From the NCBI GenBank assembly GCA_025603075.1, contig MU626329.1, positions 1 through 64,000 of the forward strand: a stretch of DNA of 64,000 bases, read 5' to 3'. The DNA comes from Neoconidiobolus thromboides FSU 785 (taxonomy: Eukaryota > Fungi > Entomophthoromycota). Shown one piece after another: positions 11,748 through 23,670 of this stretch. Made by a program: the position numbers and the translations under genes. The notes beneath the pieces are model-generated. The model was not told the origin of the DNA. It saw only the letters and a list, made by a program, of their open reading frames with translations, and ran no database searches. Positions within the stretch are counted from its first letter, which is position 1, and every line of letters begins with the position of its first letter.

Positions 11748-12809
11748 TTAAATTTTTAGTTTTAAACATTTAAAAAAAGAATTCTGAATCGGTTGATGGA
11801 TCAATAAAATAAAACAAGAGGAAGTGAGTCCTAAACAGAGTAAAAAGCAATTGGAATAAAATGAAGTGTTCATATTAAAATCTGTTTGGGTCAAACTTAA
11901 CAATGTTATAGTTACGTCTGGCAATAAGCATAGCATATAACTTATCATTACTACACTAATTTTCAAGATCAATTTGACTTTTTTTAACCTTAATTGACTG
12001 ACTGTTAGTGGTTGAAATTCATTTGGGTTTAGGTGAATTATGTTTTCCGATCTTTCGTGGATTAGTGTTCGTCTACCTGAAGTATTACAATTTATGATAT
12101 TAAATCCTATGTTATTGGTATTACATTCATTATGTTTATGTTTCTTGTGAAATAAGTTGGGGTTACCACAGGTAGCATTAACGATAACTGAGGAATTAAT
12201 GTGTTTAAAATAGGCAAACATAATGTTCGAATAACAAAAACAGATGGTAAACAAACACATTAAAATTCTTAGTGAATAAATCAAATAAAAAAATATATAG
12301 TAAGGCGTATTATTCTTCTCAACACTGATACTTGGTACACAATAAAAATCTGATTTGGACCATGAATAAGAGTTGTAATAACTATGTAAACTTGATAATA
12401 TAATAGATAAAATCACCAATAATATTATAAAGGTATAATAATTATAGGAATCTATTTTTTTAAATAAACAAATTTTGTTATATCTAATAATACTTAACAA
12501 AGCAACTAGTTCAATAGATGTAACTACAGTAGTAATCACAGCACTGAAATTGAAAGCACAATAACAAGTTGTAACTGGCAACAATAATTCATTATTAAAT
12601 TGAATTAAGTCATATTCAATTATTATTATATGGGAGATGGCTAGTAGATAGTAGATAATATCATTTATAATGATTAACAAAACAATTATTAGATCTAGCT
12701 TGTTTTTTGGTTTTAACTTGAATACGATTATACTACCTATTAATAAGTTTATTCCTATTGAAATAAGAGATATCAATAAATAAACAACATATTCGATTTC
12801 CATTGTCAC
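11748..12809 (-). CDS. Class A-like 7TM receptor, clade A
   Basis: 353 aa; CYC, SIIRY, FYC, CLLPD, LLIHQPIQ. Confidence 0.9.
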   Translation of the reverse strand: MTMEIEYVVYLLISLISIGINLLIGSIIVFKLKPKNKLDLIIVLLIIINDIIYYLLAISHIIIIEYDLIQFNNELLLPVTTCYCAFNFSAVITTVVTSIELVALLSIIRYNKICLFKKIDSYNYYTFIILLVILSIILSSLHSYYNSYSWSKSDFYCVPSISVEKNNTPYYIFFYLIYSLRILMCLFTICFCYSNIMFAYFKHINSSVIVNATCGNPNLFHKKHKHNECNTNNIGFNIINCNTSGRRTLIHERSENIIHLNPNEFQPLTVSQLRLKKVKLILKISVVMISYMLCLLPDVTITLLSLTQTDFNMNTSFYSNCFLLCLGLTSSCFILLIHQPIQNSFFKCLKLKI

Positions 12810-14299
12810 AATAATAGATCACTAAAGGTTATGTTTTTTTTGAATTTATAGCCCTTCCCAAATGTTTTGCATTAATTAATTATGCAAGTAAAACCTAAAA
12901 CCAAAGTTGGCTAATTTCACCTTCTATATTTCAAATTGAAATTAAAATTAAAATTAAAATATGAGTACTTTATACTAAATTAAGCTTTTTAATAAAATTA
13001 TCAATCGTTGATAACACTCTGTTTTCCTTATAACAAAACTTTATTTTCATTAAAATTAATTGTACTCAAAAAAACTTAATTTTAGTTAGCATAAATAAAG
13101 ATTAATCTGTTTCAAATTAAGTTTTATTTTAAGATAATTAAGTATTGTTTTTTTAATGTATTTATACTGAGGTATATACAATGATTCTAATTCAAAATAA
13201 AGGGATCTAAGCTGAGTTTCAGATAAGTAAGTTCAATTACCAGACCTGATAGTATAGATAGAGAGTTAGTATGTCGTCATTCGCATATAAATCTATCAAC
13301 TAGGTCTAAGACGTGTTTGTTTTCTAGTTAGTGAAGCTTTCTATCTTTTTATACTTTACTAATTTGTTTCGATTTACTTTTTAATAATACATTTAGATGT
13401 ATATTGGTTTGGATTATTAAAGTAATAAGATCTTATCTAACTTTTATCATAGCTGCATATTTATTGTATAATTTTGGGTATTTAAATAGATATTAAATAC
13501 AGTAATCAAAGTCATTACAGTAAAAACAATAATAAAATTAATACAACATATTAAGTTTTTAAATACTATTCTTCTACGTTTATGGTAGTAAGATTAGTAT
13601 ATTGATTTTTGTATAAGTCAAGTTCATTTTGACTAAGACTCTAGAAACTTCTATTGAATTACTTTGTATTTTGTTTAATTTTAATTTCAATTAGTATCAA
13701 AAAATCAAAATTTTGTCCAATTTTTATTCTACAATCAGTCATAATTAGTTTAGTAACTCTGTAAGAATCAGATTTTAAATAATGCAATAATATTTTAAGA
13801 TTTTGACTAAAATTTTTGAAAAGGTGATCAATTATAAAAAAACACATATTTTAATCAAAAGCTGATAATACTAATTTTGTTTTACTATTTACTCCCTTTT
13901 CACCAGTAATATTAAATATATGGTAAGTAGTGATAATGAAAAAGCTTGTTAAAGGGGCTTTAACCATAAGAATGACATTACTAACGCAGCAACCAAAAAA
14001 CAATAGGCTGAAAAAAAGGATAAGAGTTAAAAGAAAAATAGTAAAATAGTAAATCATGAATAAATATCCTATAATATCAAGAGAATATGAAAAGTATAGG
14101 ATTTAAGAGAAATAATGATAGTTAATATTAATATCGCTAACAAAATGATTATAAAAACAACAATATTAGAAAACAATAAAGAGGCAAAGAAGAGTAGTTA
14201 GTTTTAAAAAAAGTTAGTTTTAAAAAAAGTTAGTTTTAATACATATATCTAATATTTCAGGAGAGAGTCCTCAAGTTAAATGTTTTAGTTAAGTAAGGA

Positions 14300-15312
14300 G
14301 AGATAAATAAACTTTTCAATTAATAAAATAGAACATTAAGGGGTGAGCCCTAAGCAAAGTAAAAAATTATTGAAATATATAGTAATATGGGCATCAAAAT
14401 CTGCTTTTGCCAAAATTAATACATTTACTATTAGATCCGATAATAAGTATAAGGTATATTTTACCATTACTATGCTTATTTTCAAGATCAATTGATCCTT
14501 TTTAGACCTTGATTGATTGCCAATAACTAAGATTGGTTTAATTTTGGTTGAAAATAACTTGTTGACTTTATTGAGCTTTCAGTAGCTCATTGGATCCACC
14601 ATCAGCCATAAGGCTATACTGCTCCCTACTATCATTATTGTCATTAAAACGATAGTTACTAAGGCATAGATTTGAGTCCAAAGTGGCATTATTAAGAGCA
14701 ATACAAAGGTTCATTATCCTACTATAAGTAAAAGTTATATTTGTATAATAAAAGCAGATGGTAAGCAAGCAAAGTAAAATTCTTAACGAATAGATCAAAA
14801 AATAAAATAGATACTAAGACTTGTTATTTTTCTCAATATTGATACCTGGTAAGCAGTAAGAGTCGAACTCATCTCATGAACATGACTTATAAGAGCTATC
14901 CAAACTAGATAATACAATTAATGTTGTAGCAGATAATGTCATAAACATATAACAAGGAATTTGTGCTGCTTCTTTAAACGAGTGGATATTCTTGTGTTTT
15001 ATAATACTCAATAAATCAACTAGCTCAGTGGAATTATTAATGATACTATTTATTAAAACAAAAGTAAAGGAACAATACCAATTTGGACCGGATAGCTGTG
15101 GCCCATTATTAAATACGATTACGCCATACACAACTATGTTTATATACAAGATGACAATTAGATAAATGATAATACCAATAAAAGCGATCATTAATATTAT
15201 TGTTGACTCTAAATTACTACTTATGATTAATTTATATAGGATTACATTTAATATCAATGAGCTTATTAGCAACGAAATTGATAAGATTTTTAATTATGTT
15301 TTCAATGACCAT
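14300..15312 (-). pseudogene. Clade A 7TM receptor pseudogene
   Basis: ATG at 15312 (MVIENI). ORF 14874..15272 covers TM1-4 and 14568..14798 covers TM5-ICL3. A degenerate TM6-7 (FLLCLGLTP*) lies near 14340-14460. Frameshifts and stops are present. Confidence 0.85.
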
Positions 15313-16237
15313 TGTTATCTAAAAGTAAAAGTAAAACTTATTTTGCTTTATTTATTTACGTATTTTAAGTGACTATATTGTTTTAAATTATTAAAGTATC
15401 CTTTTAAACTAATTTTCAAAAAATCTGTTTTCTATCCTTGAGATTAAAAGGCTCCTAATATTCTATTAATGTATAAAAGTAAATTGAACTAATGTAAAGG
15501 AGAGCAAATAATAAGATGGATAACCACTTTTAACTCTACTACTTGCCATTAATCAGTTATAGTCTAGACAAGCTTATTGAAAAAGCAAGGCAGCCATTTT
15601 GTTTAAAATCTAAACAAAAGAAGAAGGACTATTCTTACAACCTAAACGAGCTTAAACAAAGATGTATCTTTATCATAGGATTTTAAATAAAACAGTTTCT
15701 TATTAATGATGTAAGGAGCTATAATCAACATAAAGATGTTGGTTGGAGTTCAAATAGAAGATAAAACATTCAAAACAATTAATGAATCAGATAATAGAGG
15801 TGATGGTTTAAAGAACAGTAATAAAATTTAAATGAAAAGTATGTATCAACGACAATAAGCTTTAGAAAACATTGTTTTAAAAATGTTACTGTTTCTTTTA
15901 CTAATTAATAAAAAAAGGACATGTTTAGTATTTTATTAAATAAAGCGAGAGTTTAAGATTATTTTCAGATTTTTGAAAAAATCATTAAGATAGAAAGGAT
16001 GAAATAAAGTATGAAATAATAAAAAACTAAATAATAAATCATGAGTTTGTGATTTAAGAAATTGAATAAATCGAAGAGAGATGCGACTTGAGTAAAGTGG
16101 TAGCACTTGTTAGCAAAACTATTGAAATAAAATATAATGTGTTACTGAGAACAATATTAATATAATAAAAAAATAACAAAGGAAAAAGAAAAGATTAGCA
16201 TTATTAAAATGAATCAACTATTTCCAAAAAAACATAT

Positions 16238-16336
16238 GAAGATATTTTTTTTGATTTCATCACTTTTTGCATTTTTCAAGTGCTATTTGAATGGAAAGAT
16301 TGGTAGTAAAGCTCTTGAACAAAAAAATACAGCTCC
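16238..16336 (-). mobile_element. MITE copy
   Basis: Reverse orientation, diverged; flanks ATAT/ATGT. Confidence 0.75.
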
Positions 16337-16924
16337 ATGTATTAAAAGACTTCCCCGTTAAACAAAAGGGGATGAGGAATCTAACATTACAATAAAAAAG
16401 GTTGCTACAAGCAATATCAATTTATTTTAGTTTGAAACAAATAAAGAGGTGTTTTCGAATCAGCTGATGGATTAGCAGAATAAAACATAAAGAAGTAAGA
16501 GCTAAACATAATATCAAACAAAGTGAAAAATAATGCAGAAACTTAGATTTGTGTCTGCCAAGCACAATAAAGTTACTATCACGTCTGGGAGCAAATATAA
16601 TATATACTTTATAATCACTACGCTTGTTTTAAAATTAATTCAACTTTTTTTAACCTCCACTGTGTAACTTTTGGTGGTTTAGACATGTTGAAATTTAGAT
16701 GAAGAATGGCGTGTTGCTTTTGCTACAACATCAGTAACCTACTCGCTTGTTTGCTTTTAAATATCATAGTTTACCCCACTGATATTATTACCATTATTAA
16801 ACTGTAAGTTATTATAACATGAATTTGAGTTGTGATAATTAGGTATATTACATAATACAAGTGATATTATAATGGATAATTTTATTAGCATACAATAATA
16901 TATTGATGTTACTTCTTTTTTTAC

Positions 16925-18470
16925 AGAAGTACGTATTTATGGTAGTGTTTATTTCGAAAGAAAGAAAAAATCTACTCAACAAGATATATTAGAGATAATA
17001 AAGAAAGGTAAAAGCTTTAGCATCAGTTGAAGCCTTTGGGTCAAAACGCCCTACTTCAAGAATTCTTCTATCAATTTTGGATTCATTCAATCTAAAAGTC
17101 ATTAAAAAGGGTTTACTAATAATAAAATGTTTCCGTTTGAAAATAAACAAAGCCATAAGAACTGAATCACACTTCTTTCTAAATGTCACTTTATAACAAA
17201 GTCTATTGATAATACAAACTACAGGTATTGTAGTAAGAGGGAGTTAGGGGTTGGAACAAAGTAGAAGCAAATTAGGAATGAAAGATGAGTTGTTGCCGCA
17301 CATGATGTCATCACTATTAATAATATTATCTACAATTTAAGAGACAGTTAGCTAAATTCTCTGGATGTAGGCGCAGTTGAAGAAATGGTGATCGGAACAA
17401 TCATTAAAATCCATACATTATAGGCAGGATGGAGAGGCAATATCATCATATGAAGCTACTTAGTAATATGTATAGAAGCCATCTTCTATGGTTCTCTAGA
17501 GCGCTAGGCCTAATCTGGGATTGGGAGTCTCGTTGTTAAAATTATATACCCCTCGAGATAAGATGGTATTTTTAGGAAGTCTTAAGACATTATAGGATCC
17601 TTTATTGACACGGACAATAAAGCCATTCAAGAATTTATAATCGTTTTTTTTGCAATTCTACACAATGTCTGATAACTTTTAATTAAAGCCTTGGATCATG
17701 AGGAAAGAATTCTGGATCCAGGTGGCGAATATAAACAGTTAGTGGTGCTTTTAGGAGCCTTTTTAATGGGTACTGCATGAGACCATAAGCCAACAAAACC
17801 TTATCACTAAAGTGCTTCAAAGCTATCTCCGAAGTATCTGACCCAGGATTTCTGAATCAACAAGTAATTCATGAATCAAGGAGAAAGAAACCCAAAGCCT
17901 TTATCGGTTTTGAATGTTACCAGTTTTCTAAATAAGATTTTAAATCGTTTATTATTCCGAATCAAGGAAGTGGCTACTTTTTTGATTTTTTTAATGTCTG
18001 GAAGGACAAGAAGGCAAATGTGAAGACAGTACCACAAAACCGAAAGAGTGTCATTGTTGATAAGCAGTACTCTTTCTTTTAATGAAACATTTTTAATATT
18101 CCAGCTTACTAATTTTGATTCAAAGCAGGAAATACAAGAGTTCATCATAAAGCTGTCTTTAATACCTAAGTGAGAAATATATATATCTAAGTGACCTATA
18201 TCATCTCCTTGATCACATACTGGTACATTATAGTCAAGATTTGGGTTAAAGTTTAGAGCCTGGGATTTATCTGTGTTTTTACTGCCCCTAATAGCTTTAG
18301 TAAATGATCGCCAGGTAAGTTCATTCAAACCAGAGTCACTTTAGAGCTCAGATCAATATATCTGTCCCCTGCAAAAGTGGCTACTTTAAACACCGAAGTT
18401 TGTGACAGAAGATGGAAGCCTTTTAAGTTATAATTAAGATAGCTAAAGATATGGTTTGTACTAATTATCC
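16925..18470 (-). mobile_element. 5'-truncated, decayed non-LTR retrotransposon (L1/Tx1-like ORF2 3' half)
   Basis: KVATFAGD is a degenerate Y/FADD. It is followed by KLVSWNIKNVSLKERVLLINN..LSVLWY...KTDKGFGFLSP and the zinc-knuckle remnant PKC..DHHFFNCAYIQRI* near 17350-17430. Confidence 0.8.
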
Positions 18471-18491
18471 ATATGAAAATTTTTAGTATAT

Positions 18492-18589
18492 GGGAGTGTT
18501 TTTTTGGTTTCATTATTTTTTCCATTTTTTAAGCGCTATTCGAGTGGAAAATTTATTAGTAAAGTTCTTAAGCACAAAAATGCATCCCC
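18492..18589 (-). mobile_element. MITE copy inserted in the receptor TM3 RY codons
   Basis: Flanks ATAT/ATAC; excision restores ACA AGG TAT ACT AAA (T-R-Y-T-K). Confidence 0.85.
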
Positions 18590-19894
18590 ATACCTTGTAA
18601 TCTTAATAAAGCAGTTAACTCGATAGTAATAATGAAGTTGTTTATTAAACTAAAGTTTGGAAGGCAATATCAATATGAATTAGATAATTATAGCTTTTCA
18701 TTAACTACAGTTACGCCATAATCAGCTAATGCTAAATATAATACAGTCGCAGGATAGAGAATGGTACCGTTGGCAGTTATTAATATTTTGATTAGTCCCA
18801 TTTGTTTTTAATTTTGTTTTAAAGATAGATATGGTAATTATTAGTAGACTTGTTAGTAGCAAAATTGTTGAGATTACCAAATAAACTCCATCTTCTATGT
18901 TGTTTACTATCATTATAAAATTAAATATAGTTTTCATTCATAGATGTTCTAAATTAATTGTGCTATTAGATATAATTATATAAATGTTTTTTTAAATTTA
19001 TTGAGGCTAAAAATAAATTAGCTCCGAAAATGCTCCACTAATGGGTTAGTCCCGTAAATTAACTGACTTGCATGTTTATTCCTCCGTATTGTAGCTAATA
19101 AAGTACTTGGTGCTTCGGCATTTATTTTTTTAAACCAAATGAATCGTGGTGTTTATTCATTATAAAAAGTTGGGCTTCAGTATTTTAAAAAATAAGGGCT
19201 CAATTAAAGAGTTAATTCATAATATACTATCACTAAGATATTATTGGTTCTATATCCTTAAATAAAGTAAAACTTTTAAGTGCTTTACCATATTACACAA
19301 AAAGAGGATTAGCACAAAGAAGGTTCAAAAAGAATATTACCTTTACATTTTTATCATTTACCACTTGCCCAATTGTAGCCTAGATAAATGTGTTTTCCCT
19401 ATAGAGTTTTTATCAAAAAAGATAAAATTTATACGAAATAACCTTTTAAATATTACTAAAAAGGCATAAAAATCTGATTGTTTAAAGCAATCAAGTAGGG
19501 CAGCTATTGTTACAAATAAAGTGAGTCAAAATAAGAATAAATTGGTAATACAAAGGCATTTATCGAGATTCAAAGTCAACAAAAAGTAGAAACATTTAAC
19601 AAACTGGATGATAAAGATTTTACTTTAGATAATAATGGCGAGGTTGGGACGAAATGAGTCTGTTACTAATAATACACTATTTGTAAAATTACGAGTGCCC
19701 ATACTGGTAACTAGTAAGTAGGAAAGCTTAACAAATGTACTATAAAATAATTAGGTAATGAAATGATGTACTATTTAGTTTATGGCTCTACAATGTTGAA
19801 GTAATATGAAAGTCTAGAAGATTTAGCGAGACAACTGCAACTGATAATATAATTATCGAAGTGATATATGATACGATGCTTAAAATGATGGTAT

Positions 19895-19987
19895 GGGGAT
19901 GTATTTTTGTGTTTAAGAATTTTGTTAACAAGTTTTCTGCTCAAATAGCGCTTAAAAGACAAAGTGATGAAATCAAAAAAAACTTTC
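19895..19987 (+). mobile_element. MITE copy
   Basis: GGGGATGTATTTTTGTG start; flanks GTAT/ATAT. Confidence 0.85.
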
Positions 19988-20150
19988 ATATTGTAACCAA
20001 AAATGTCAAAAAGTCATATAAAAGTTTGTATCTAAAAAATTATTATAATTAGATTTATTATCCTTGTAAAAGTAAGAGGAAAAAACCCTCTAATTAATCA
20101 ATGGAAGACTTTGTACTATTTAAATAAAAAAACAACAGTGTTAATCTTAA

Positions 20151-21206
20151 CTATTTAATTTTGAACATTTTAAAAAAAGAATCTTGGATCGGTTGATGTA
20201 TTAATAGAATAAAACATGCAGAAGTAAGCCCTAAGCATAATACTAAACAGTCAGAATAAAAAGTAGTATTCTTATTAAATTTTGGGTTTACTAAACACAG
20301 AAACGTTATTATTACATCCGGTAACAAACATAACATATAACTTATTAATATCACACTTATTTTTAAAGCTAATTTGGCTTTTTTTAAGCTTAACTGAGTA
20401 GCTGTCGACTGAGATTTGTTTGGGTTTTCTGAGAATACAGTTTCTTGCTTTTTTTGTGTGATTGCTAGCTTGTCAACTCTAACATTGTTTGTAAAGTTAG
20501 ATTGTAAATTGCTCTTATTGCTATTATCATTATCAAATTGATAATCAGTAAAACGTGTATTTAAACCTGTGGAATAATTATTAAGAATGATAGAAGGGTC
20601 CATTATTTTAAAATATGCAAGAGTGATCTTTGAATAACAAAAACATATGATGATTAAAGAAAGTAAAATTCTTAACGTATAAATAGAAAAGTAGAATAGA
20701 AAATAGTCCCTGTTGTTATTCTCAATACTGATACTTGGTAAACAAAAAAAGTCTAGCTCGTGTATTGAATATGAGTTATAATAACTATGTAAACCAGACA
20801 ATATAAGTGATAACATAATGGATAACACAACTACTATGTAATAATTCATTGATGTTACTTCTTTATATAAGCATATCTTACTGTACCTTATAATACTTAA
20901 TAATGCAGATAACTCAATGGAAGTAATCTCAGTAGTAACTACAGCGCTGAAATTAAAAGCACAATACCAAGCAGGAACTGATAGCGATGGTTTATTATCG
21001 AATTGAATCAAGTCATGTTTGATTATGATTATATGCGAAATGGTTAATAGATAAAAAACAATATCATTTATAGTAATAAATAAAATGATTATTAGATCTA
21101 ACTTATTCTTTAACCTCAGTTTGAATACTATTATACCACTTATTAATAAGTTCATCACTATCGAAATGAGAGATATCAACAAATAAATAGTGTGTTCGGC
21201 TTTCAT
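20151..21206 (-). CDS. Class A-like 7TM receptor, clade A
   Basis: 351 aa; WYC, SIIRY, FFC, CLLPD, LLIHQPIQ. Confidence 0.9.
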   Translation of the reverse strand: MKAEHTIYLLISLISIVMNLLISGIIVFKLRLKNKLDLIIILFITINDIVFYLLTISHIIIIKHDLIQFDNKPSLSVPAWYCAFNFSAVVTTEITSIELSALLSIIRYSKICLYKEVTSMNYYIVVVLSIMLSLILSGLHSYYNSYSIHELDFFCLPSISIENNNRDYFLFYFSIYTLRILLSLIIICFCYSKITLAYFKIMDPSIILNNYSTGLNTRFTDYQFDNDNSNKSNLQSNFTNNVRVDKLAITQKKQETVFSENPNKSQSTATQLSLKKAKLALKISVILISYMLCLLPDVIITFLCLVNPKFNKNTTFYSDCLVLCLGLTSACFILLIHQPIQDSFFKMFKIK

Positions 21207-22590
21207 TATTATTATGAGTGATCAATCAGTATTTTCTTGTTTTTATATTCTTTTTAATTCTTTTTGATTCTTTTGCATTAATTAATTCGCTAAAGATAGT
21301 ATAAACTAAGGTTTTAATAAATTCTCACTTTAGTATAATATAAATTTAAATTGAGATATTAGATAAATTCCTTTATGCTATTAATATTTACATACATGAA
21401 CGGAGGTAAATTGCCCATTATAATAGAGGGTGTTTTTAATCACTAATATAGTTGTGTTTTTTTAAATTATTCAGCCAAATTTTTCCTTTATTTGGAAAAG
21501 GCTTCTTTAGGTATCTCAAATAAAGGAAAATTTTGGTTGAATAATTTAAAGTATAGTTGTGAAGAGCAAAGCTATTCTATTTGAGTTTAACAGAATGCAC
21601 TTGTTGCTTTAGAACTTAAGGTTTTCAAAAAAGAACAAAATTATTCTCAACTAAAAGTAACTTTTTACTGCAGCTAATAATATGCCTATTTTTATATGCA
21701 TAAACATCCGTAGCATAAATGGACCTATCCACTATAATAAATTACAAAATTAGTAAACATACGCCTTTTCTGGAAACATTTGGCATGGTTTATAATAATG
21801 AAAGCATAGTTTTTATGTTGTTTTGTTGAAATATCAAATTTAATTAACAGATAAATATGAGCACCAAATAGTAGGTTATCAATAGATAAAAATAGTCTTT
21901 TTTAAAAAAAGGTTATATTTTCCCTACTGGTTGGAACTTAATTTCAGTTTTATTACAACTCCTTATTTAGTTCCTTAAAATCCTTTATTGTTTGTTTCTA
22001 CTGGAATCTGGGTCTTACATAGAATATTTTATAGTGTAAAATTCAAAGCTATTGACTTGTCACCCCTATTTTGGTCCTGGTTATTTAATGAAAAACATTA
22101 GCTTTTTGTGGAAGTAGGTATGCTTTCATTGTTGGTTCTCAAACTAAATATAGTCCTAAATAGTTATACAGCCATTTTTTTCTCCCTGAGGTTTTAGGAT
22201 TGACTTTTCTTTACATTCTTTTAGTTATGTTTTTTAGAGACAAATCACTGCTTTGCTTTTTAAGCATAATACGTTTTAAAAACAAGTGTATCTTCAAATT
22301 ACATTATTTGATTTAATTGAACTGTTATTTTATCAGACTAAAGTAAAATAAATTAATATTTCAGTTATATGGTGTGGTTTTTATTTGCTTTTCTTTATCA
22401 TATATTAAAATTTTTGAAATTATTTTTGTAGCTACTGTAATTTTAGATATAATTTAGTATCAATGGCTTTAAAGTAAAAAATACTAAAAAATTAGTATCA
22501 ATAAAGCTGATGTGATAAAACCTTTATATCTCAGGGAAAATATTTAATTTAAATGCTTTAAACAAATAAATAAAATATTTTTTTATTTAA

Positions 22591-23670
22591 TTAAAAGACT
22601 ATAGTATTAAATTTTAGTGATTTAACTTCAAACATATTAAAAACACACTTTTGAATTGGTTGATGAATTAATAGAATAAAACATGAAGAGGTGAGCCCTA
22701 AACACAGTATTAAACAATTAGAATAAACAGCAATATGTATTTCAAATTTTACTTTTGTTGAAATTAATAAATTTATTATCAGATCTGGTATTAAACAGAA
22801 CATGTAACTTATCATTATTAAGCTAATTTTTAACATTAATTTTACTTTTTTTGACTTTAATTGGTTAGCTGTCAATGGCTGAGATTTGGTTGACTTTTGC
22901 TTATAAATAGTTTTTCGGCTTTGTTGAGTTGTCATTAGCCTGTTAGATTCAGTACTGCTTATAAAATTATGTCGAGTGTTATTGCTATTGTTTTTAGCAG
23001 ACTGATAGCTACTAAAGCACAAATTTGAGCCCGTAGCATTCGTATTAGGACTAAAGGAAGGATCCATTATTTTAAGGTAAGCAAGGGTAATATTTGAATA
23101 GCAAAAACAATTGGTCAGTAAGCAGAGCAAAATCCTCAATGAGTAAATGAAATAATAAAATATACAATAAGGTACATTATTCTTTTCGATATCAATGGTT
23201 GGTAAATAATAGAAATTGAATTCATACCATGAATACGAACCATAATAGCTATGTAGACTTGATAGTACAATTGATGTTACAGCAGATAATGCTATGAATA
23301 TATAGCAGTACATTGGTGAGATTTCCCTAAATAAACAAACTTTACTGTATCTAATAATGCTTAATAAGGTAACTAATTCAATGGAAGTAGAAATGATACT
23401 AGCTACTAGGCTAAAATTCAGGGCAGGATACCAAATTGGGTTAGATAGCTGTAACTTGTTGTCAAATGATATTATACTATACTCAGTTAAGATTATATGT
23501 AATATGGCGATTAAATAGAAAATAATATCAACAAAGGTAATTGTTGATATTATTAACAAATCTGGGTTGTTTTTTAGACTTAGCCTATATAAGATTACAC
23601 TCAGTATCATTAAGTTTATCAGTAACGAAACTGTCGAGATTATCAAATAGATTATGTTTTCAGTGATCAT
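22591..23670 (-). CDS. Class A-like 7TM receptor, clade A (both disulfide Cys lost)
   Basis: 359 aa intact ORF; WYP replaces WYC and FYY replaces FYC. Confidence 0.85.
   Translation of the reverse strand: MITENIIYLIISTVSLLINLMILSVILYRLSLKNNPDLLIISTITFVDIIFYLIAILHIILTEYSIISFDNKLQLSNPIWYPALNFSLVASIISTSIELVTLLSIIRYSKVCLFREISPMYCYIFIALSAVTSIVLSSLHSYYGSYSWYEFNFYYLPTIDIEKNNVPYCIFYYFIYSLRILLCLLTNCFCYSNITLAYLKIMDPSFSPNTNATGSNLCFSSYQSAKNNSNNTRHNFISSTESNRLMTTQQSRKTIYKQKSTKSQPLTANQLKSKKVKLMLKISLIMISYMFCLIPDLIINLLISTKVKFEIHIAVYSNCLILCLGLTSSCFILLIHQPIQKCVFNMFEVKSLKFNTIVF

Larger units (their letters stand above)
16422..18913 (-). pseudogene. Clade A 7TM receptor pseudogene split by a LINE and a MITE
   Basis: The 5' part (18593-18913) covers TM1-TM3 and ends ...ITRY. 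The 3' part (16422-16922) starts KEVTS and ends CLILCLALTSLCFILLIHQLIRKHLFICFKLK*. ECL2-TM5 is deleted. Confidence 0.85.

Noticed and set aside
19780-20052. Short ORFs at 18325, 19780, 19861, 32850 and 60849
   Set aside because: Their shared peptides (e.g. FVFKNF..QIALK) come from reading through MITE copies.
21950-22210. Minus-strand VNPKTS...YNYLGL as a LINE RT remnant
   Set aside because: Only one short motif, and the neighbouring frames do not continue the pattern.
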